Source: an uncultured delta proteobacterium (GTDB lineage Bacteria; Myxococcota_A; Polyangia; Polyangiales; Polyangiaceae). Taken from it: a stretch of 64,000 nt of DNA. Below are positions 58,853-64,000 of the stretch, piece by piece; position 1 is the first letter of the stretch; every line of letters begins with the position of its first letter. The stretch spans positions 1,344,001 to 1,408,000 of the forward strand of contig CAWAIF010000003.1 of NCBI GenBank assembly GCA_963782055.1. Reading direction: 5' to 3'. Made by a program: the position numbers and the translations under genes. The notes below the pieces were generated by a model. It did no database searches. It saw nothing but the letters and a program-made list of their open reading frames with translations, and was not told the DNA's origin.

Positions 58853-59592
58853 CTCACCTCTCGCCCCTGAGCGCCGCGCGCACCATCCCCACCGCCCGCT
58901 TCGCGTTCCCCTCCACCACCTCCGCCTCGATCCGCAGCACCCGGAACCCCAGCGCCTCGATCACCGCCTGCCGCGCCGCATCCGCCTCCGCATGCCCCGG
59001 CTCCCGGTGCACCCCGCCGTCCACCTCCACCACCAGCCGCTCGCTCAGCGCGACGAAGTCCACGATGTAGCTCCCCGCCAGCACATGCTGCCGCCTGAAT
59101 TTCGCGCCGCCGCACCGCCGCTCCCGCAGCTCCCGCCACAGCATCGCCTCCGACCGCGTCGCCTCCTCCCGCCGCATCCGCCGCGCATGGTGATGGAGGA
59201 AGAAGAGAGAGGGAGCTTCGTGCGGTGCCATGCCCTCCCCACAGCGACAGAAGCGTGACAGCCGCAGTGAAGCCACCCGCGATCCCAAGGAAGGCTGGCG
59301 CGCTTCTTTCGCTCCCAGGGCGTGGCACCGCACGAAGCTCCCTCGCACGTTCCTGCGCAACCTCGAGGGGAGGGACACCGCGGGGGGGGAGGGCCCTGTT
59401 CCCTACTGTTCGCCGTCGGGGGAGAGCCGGCACGGGCACGCGCGCGAACCCATCATCGTCGATAGTTCGCCACCAGCGCGCCGACCATCCTCCCCGCCCG
59501 AGCGAGCGAAGCGAGCGATGGGCAAGGGGAGGAGCCGCGCGCGGACCGCTCACGCGCTGCGCGTGAGCGGGAGCACGCGGCAGGAGGGGCCC
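58853..59592 (-). mobile_element. Repeated ~740-bp DUF559 nuclease + structured leader unit, copy 2 (mobility inferred)
   Basis: Collinear with 51912-52649. Confidence 0.65.
58854..59231 (-). CDS. DUF559 / Vsr-like endonuclease (copy 2)
   Basis: 125 aa, 5 substitutions relative to copy 1. Confidence 0.9.
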   Translation of the reverse strand: MAPHEAPSLFFLHHHARRMRREEATRSEAMLWRELRERRCGGAKFRRQHVLAGSYIVDFVALSERLVVEVDGGVHREPGHAEADAARQAVIEALGFRVLRIEAEVVEGNAKRAVGMVRAALRGER

Positions 59593-59598
59593 ATCCCC

Positions 59599-60297
59599 TC
59601 AAGGCCCCGAATAAAACACCACCCGCGCCCCGAGCACGAGCGCGTGCCGGTCAATCGACCGAGCCCCCACATAGTTGTATTCTACATCCGGCCCCAGCGC
59701 GAGATGCACGTGCTTCCCCCGCAGCACGTTCCACTCGTAGAACGCGCCCACCCCGAGGAAGGACTGCACCCCGCTCGCCCCCGGGTACGGACCCCGGCTC
59801 GCCTCGAGCTGCGCCTGTCCGATCCCGAACGCCGCCATGAACCCCAGATCGCGCAGCCACGGCGCCACGTAGAAGAGCGGAAACGCCTCCACCCGGAAGC
59901 CGAAGGCGGTGCTCATCGACGACCAGTCCCCGTTCTGGAGGAGGCCGCTCCCGCCCCAGATGCCGACGCTGAAGACATCCGCCAGCGCGGCCTCGATGAA
60001 GAGCGCGCCGGTGCCGCCGAACATGTTGCCGCCCGCGGCGTAGTACGCCGGATCGCCGATCTTGGAGGACTCGTTGGGGTAGCCGGACGCCGTGCCGAGG
60101 AGGAAGCCGCCGGTGATCCCCGCGACGAAGCCGCTGCGCCGCGTCGCAGGCGCCGCGGTGGGCTCCTCGTCGCCTTTCGAGGTGCGCGTGGCGGTGGGCG
60201 GAGGCGCGGGGGCGCGCGGGGTCTGGGGCGCCTGGGCCCGCGCCACGGCGGGTGCGAACGCGAGGGAGGCGGCGAGGAGCGCGGCAGGGCGACGCAC
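59599..60297 (-). CDS. Putative outer-membrane beta-barrel protein
   Basis: Signal peptide (ARA-Q), alternating beta strands, C-terminal LVLGARVVFY. Confidence 0.7.
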   Translation of the reverse strand: MRRPAALLAASLAFAPAVARAQAPQTPRAPAPPPTATRTSKGDEEPTAAPATRRSGFVAGITGGFLLGTASGYPNESSKIGDPAYYAAGGNMFGGTGALFIEAALADVFSVGIWGGSGLLQNGDWSSMSTAFGFRVEAFPLFYVAPWLRDLGFMAAFGIGQAQLEASRGPYPGASGVQSFLGVGAFYEWNVLRGKHVHLALGPDVEYNYVGARSIDRHALVLGARVVFYSGP

Positions 60298-60403
60298 GGC
60301 CTCGCTTCTAGCCCGAAACGGCCCCGGACGGAAACCCGCGGCGGGCCCGAAGTTGCGCCCCGCGCCGGCCAGGCGTAACTATCTCAGGGTCCGGAGGCAC
60401 CAA

Positions 60404-61495
60404 ATGGGCGACGAGCGCAAAGATTACGATCCGGCGGCGGGCGACATCACGCGCCGCAAGTTCATCGGCGGGGCGGCGGCGGCGACCGCGGCGGTCTCCC
60501 TGCTCGGCGGGGAGAAGAGCGCGCTCGCGGGGACGCACCTCCCCCCGGCCAAGCCCATGGCAGCCGCGCCACCCAAGGGCTTCGTCCCCTTCAGCGCCCC
60601 CGGCCACGTGGTGAAGGTGAGCAAGCCCGGCTCGCTGCAGCACAACCAGCTGTACCCCAAGCCGGACGACGCCAAGCTCATGCTGGAGCGCGCCCTCACC
60701 GAGCTGACGGGCAAGGCCTCGCTGGCGGAGGCGATCAAGCTCTTCGTGCACCCCGACGACAAGGTGTGCGTGAAGGTCAACGGCATCGCCAAGGCGAACA
60801 TGGCGACGAACAAGGAGCTGGTGCTCCCCTTCCTCGAGGGGATGATCGCGGCGGGCATCCCGGCGCGCAACATCACCGTGCTCGAGCAGTACTACGGCTT
60901 CCTCGCCGGGACCCGCATCACCGCGGCCAACGTGCCGGCGGGCGTCAACGTCGCGACCCACAACAACAAGGACGCGACGATGGACTTCCGGATGATCACC
61001 GGCACCGGCGTCCGGACGAAGTTCGTCCGCGTGCTGACGGAGTCGACGGCGCTCATCAACTTCGCCCTCATCAAGGATCACTCCATCTGCGGCTACACCG
61101 GCACCCTGAAGAACATGACGCACGGGTGCACCGTCAACCCGCAGGACTTCCACCTGCACCACGCCAGCCCGCAGATCGCCCTGCTCGCCGACCAGGACGT
61201 GCTCAAGAGCCGCCTCCGCCTGACGATCACCGACGCCTTCAAGGTGATGGCCCACGGCGGCCCGCTCGACAAGATGCCGCAGTACCGCAAGCCGTACGAG
61301 GCGGTCTTCACCTCCACCGACCCCGTCGCGATGGACACCATCGGCTGGGAGATCGTGGAGCAGGCGCGAAAGAAGTTCGGCCTGCGGACGCTGACGGAGG
61401 AGGGCCGCCCGCCGGCGTACATCAAGGCGGCAGGGGATTTGGGCCTGGGCGTCGCCGACCGGTCGAGGATCCGCCTGCAGGAAGTGGCGATCTAG
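60404..61495 (+). CDS. Tat-exported DUF362-family protein
   Basis: ITRRKFIG Tat motif; DKVCVKVN, IKDHSICGYTGTLKN, STDPVAMD, AGDLGLG. Confidence 0.85.
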   Translation: MGDERKDYDPAAGDITRRKFIGGAAAATAAVSLLGGEKSALAGTHLPPAKPMAAAPPKGFVPFSAPGHVVKVSKPGSLQHNQLYPKPDDAKLMLERALTELTGKASLAEAIKLFVHPDDKVCVKVNGIAKANMATNKELVLPFLEGMIAAGIPARNITVLEQYYGFLAGTRITAANVPAGVNVATHNNKDATMDFRMITGTGVRTKFVRVLTESTALINFALIKDHSICGYTGTLKNMTHGCTVNPQDFHLHHASPQIALLADQDVLKSRLRLTITDAFKVMAHGGPLDKMPQYRKPYEAVFTSTDPVAMDTIGWEIVEQARKKFGLRTLTEEGRPPAYIKAAGDLGLGVADRSRIRLQEVAI

Positions 61496-61556
61496 CTCGG
61501 CCGCACCGGGCGCTCGGGATCGACCGACCCACCCGGGTTTGTTGTACAATTCCAGC

Positions 61557-62462
61557 GTGCCCCGGGAGACCGACGAAGACACGGTGAGCATCACGCCGAT
61601 CCGTGCCGAGCCCGGCCCGCGCAGCTCACGGCCCGGCGCGGGCGAGGCGTGCCTCGTCATCATCTACGGTCAGGACCTCGGGCGCCGCATCCCGCTCGCG
61701 GGGGGGCCCTTCGTCATCGGCCGGTCCTCCAAGTCGGACTTCTGCCTGGACCAGGACTCGGTGAGCCGCCACCACGCGCGCATCGTCCGCACGCACGACG
61801 GCATCTACACCGTCTCCGACCTGGGCTCCACCAACGGCACCTACGTCAACGACACCCCCGTGAGCGAGCGCGTCCTGTCCGACGGCGATCAGATCAAGAT
61901 CGGGCGGAGCATCCTCAAGTTCATGGCGGGCGACAACATCGAGGCCAGCTACCACGAGGAGATCTACCGCCTGATGACGGTGGACGGCCTCACGCAGCTC
62001 TTCAACCGCCGCTACTTCAACGAGACCCTGGAGCGGGAGATCAACCGCTCCCGCCGCTACACCCGGGCGCTGTCGCTGGTGCTCTTCGACATCGACTACT
62101 TCAAGAAGATCAACGACGAGTTCGGCCACGTGGCGGGGGACGCGCTCCTGCGCCAGCTCGCGGTGGTGATCAAGCCGCGCCTGCGCCGGGAGGACGTGCT
62201 CGCGCGCGTGGGCGGCGAGGAGTTCGCGCTGCTGCTGCCGGAGGTGGCCCTGGATGGCGCGGCGACCACCGCGGAGAAGGTGCGCGAGACGGTGGAGTCG
62301 TCGTCGTTCGTCTTCGACGACGCGGTGATGCCGTGCACGGTGAGCCTGGGCATCGCGGAGTGGGACGGGGATCGGATGGCGGCGCCGAAGGATCTGTACG
62401 GCAAGGCGGACGAGGCGCTGTACCGCGCGAAGCAGGGGGGAAGAAACCGCGTGGAGCGCTGA
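61557..62462 (+). CDS. FHA-GGDEF diguanylate cyclase
   Basis: IGRS...SVSRHHA...DLGSTNGTYVN (FHA); DGLTQLFNRR, DIDYFKKIND, RRED I-site, GGEEF. Confidence 0.95.
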   Translation: MPRETDEDTVSITPIRAEPGPRSSRPGAGEACLVIIYGQDLGRRIPLAGGPFVIGRSSKSDFCLDQDSVSRHHARIVRTHDGIYTVSDLGSTNGTYVNDTPVSERVLSDGDQIKIGRSILKFMAGDNIEASYHEEIYRLMTVDGLTQLFNRRYFNETLEREINRSRRYTRALSLVLFDIDYFKKINDEFGHVAGDALLRQLAVVIKPRLRREDVLARVGGEEFALLLPEVALDGAATTAEKVRETVESSSFVFDDAVMPCTVSLGIAEWDGDRMAAPKDLYGKADEALYRAKQGGRNRVER

Positions 62463-62505
62463 GCGGCCACGCGCACCGCGCCCGCGCTCGCTCCCGCCCC
62501 CGCGC

Positions 62506-64000
62506 TCACGCCCGCCCTCGCGCCCGCCGCCTCCGCCGGACCAGCCACAGCGCCGACAGCGCCACCATCGCCAGCGATCCCCCTGGACCCCGCGCCCGCC
62601 TCCCCACCGTGCACGCGCAGCCGCCCCCCGCCGACAGCAGCTCCGTCCCGCCGTCCATCGCCGCACCGCCATCGTCGCCGCCGTCCGCCGCCCCCGCGTC
62701 CGGCTGCGACGCCGGCGGGCAGACGACGTCGTCGTCCACCAGCGCGGTGAAGGGCAGGTTGGTGATGCCGGCGAACCCGACGTTGTCCAGCTCCCACCCG
62801 AAGTCTCCGCTCGCGTCGTCGGTGCCCACGCGGAAGCGCACGCGCACCGTCTTGCCCGCGAGCTTGGTTCCCATGTCGACCTTCACCGTGTCGCGCTTCG
62901 GCCACGAGGCGTTCTGCGCGACGTAGCCCATGCGCTTGGCGAGCACGTTCTTCGCCTGGCCGGTGGGATCGCCGATCGTCCCGCCGTAGCCGGGGTCGCC
63001 GTACTGGCTGACGTCCTCCCAGTGGGCGCCGTCGTCGGTGGAGATCTCCACCACCCCGCCGTCCCAGTAGACCTCGCCGTTGCCCGGATCGCTCGCCTCG
63101 AACTGGTGCCGCTCGTCGAAGGTGAGGACGAAGGGATCCGTGGTGCTCACCTGCAGCGGCGGGGAGACGAGGGCGGTGTCGGAGGGGGAGCCGTGGTCCT
63201 GGCCGCGCCACGCGTGATCCCCCGCGGTGACCTCCTGCCGCGACCAGATCTGGTCGGGAGGGGTGCCGTCGTCCGCGGTGCCGTCCGGCTTCCACGTCGA
63301 GGTGTCCGCCTCCACGTCGTCGGTCGCCGCGGCGTCGGGCACCGCGCGGAAGTCGACGAGGGCCGCGGGATCGATGCTCGCGTTGGGATCGCAGCTCGCG
63401 GTCGGGGCGAGGTCCACGTGGAACGCCGCCACCTGCTTGCCCGGGAACGCAGGGTCCAGCGCGACCTGGACGGCGACCGTCCCCATGGCGAAGGGATCGA
63501 TGGTGATGGTGCTCTCCGGCCCGTTCGGGAACTGGACGCCGCTGGTGGTGGTGCTCACCGTCACCTTCCCCGACCACGCGCTGGTGCCGCCGTTCATGAA
63601 CTTCAGGGTGAGGAGGCCGGTCTCGCCGCGGTCCAGGTTGCCGTCGGCGTTGCAGGCGTGGACGCTGTCGTCGAGGTGGCTGGAGACCAGGTTGACCACC
63701 GAGGAGATGGAGAAGTCCTCGGTGACGCCCTTCAGGTCCGTCGAGTCGCGCGGCGGGGAGAGCGCGCACGTGCCCGCGCCCCGGCGCGCGAACGCCTGCG
63801 CGAGGAGCTGGCCGTCCTTCGGATCGGCGGCGAAGGCGGCGGCGAGGATGCCGTCGCGCTGCTCGGTGTAGGTCGGGTCCACCGGCGCCATCATCATGCC
63901 GCCCACGACGTAGTCGGACATCCGCCGGCGCGCCTGATCGAAGGTGTACGGCGGATTGGCGGCCTTGCTCCGCTGGAGCATCGCCACGAAGCCCTCGAAC
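62506..64000 (-). CDS. C-terminal part of a MYXO-CTERM protein, probably an M36 metallopeptidase (begins beyond the window)
   Basis: AQAFARRGAG, WDGGVVEISTD, VRFRVGTD..GW.LDN; GGCAC...LWLVRRRR tail; catalytic motif lies outside the window. Confidence 0.75.
   Translation of the reverse strand, partial: FEGFVAMLQRSKAANPPYTFDQARRRMSDYVVGGMMMAPVDPTYTEQRDGILAAAFAADPKDGQLLAQAFARRGAGTCALSPPRDSTDLKGVTEDFSISSVVNLVSSHLDDSVHACNADGNLDRGETGLLTLKFMNGGTSAWSGKVTVSTTTSGVQFPNGPESTITIDPFAMGTVAVQVALDPAFPGKQVAAFHVDLAPTASCDPNASIDPAALVDFRAVPDAAATDDVEADTSTWKPDGTADDGTPPDQIWSRQEVTAGDHAWRGQDHGSPSDTALVSPPLQVSTTDPFVLTFDERHQFEASDPGNGEVYWDGGVVEISTDDGAHWEDVSQYGDPGYGGTIGDPTGQAKNVLAKRMGYVAQNASWPKRDTVKVDMGTKLAGKTVRVRFRVGTDDASGDFGWELDNVGFAGITNLPFTALVDDDVVCPPASQPDAGAADGGDDGGAAMDGGTELLSAGGGCACTVGRRARGPGGSLAMVALSALWLVRRRRRARGRA

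Noticed and set aside
62465..62530. Short GC-rich quasi-repeats between convergent genes
   Set aside because: Low-complexity sequence with no defined unit

Overview
High-GC window from a myxobacterium. MYXO-CTERM tails, Ser/Thr kinase-TPR/PEGA operons and many Cys-rich lipoproteins suggest Polyangiales (inference). Core content: ssb, an alternative RpoD-like sigma factor, acyl-CoA/hydroxy-acid catabolic genes, apaG-cyaY-truncated globin, an isc operon (iscS-iscU-iscA-hscB-hscA-fdx) headed by a Cys-rich MerR regulator instead of IscR, glyA, a CheB/CheR hybrid kinase and an FHA-GGDEF cyclase. From about 34 to 59.6 kb the window is a patchwork of orphan lipoproteins, truncated genes and an IS66 remnant. 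No rRNA, tRNA or CRISPR array is evident. The most interesting signals are non-coding. (1) A repeated ~740-bp unit, present twice, carries a DUF559/Vsr-like nuclease whose start codon is buried in a 136-nt rod hairpin, plus a terminal double-hairpin repeat that also occurs solo. (2) A second repeated ~740-bp cassette consists of a MarR-like gene, a sigma54 promoter and a covarying hairpin, with a TGTCCC-repeat/TGTCC-N2-GGACA upstream element also found before ssb. (3) Two oppositely oriented 46-bp tandem arrays are built from GNA-triloop hairpins. (4) A 44-bp hairpin repeat flanks iscS on both sides. All calls are by eye; no database searches were run.
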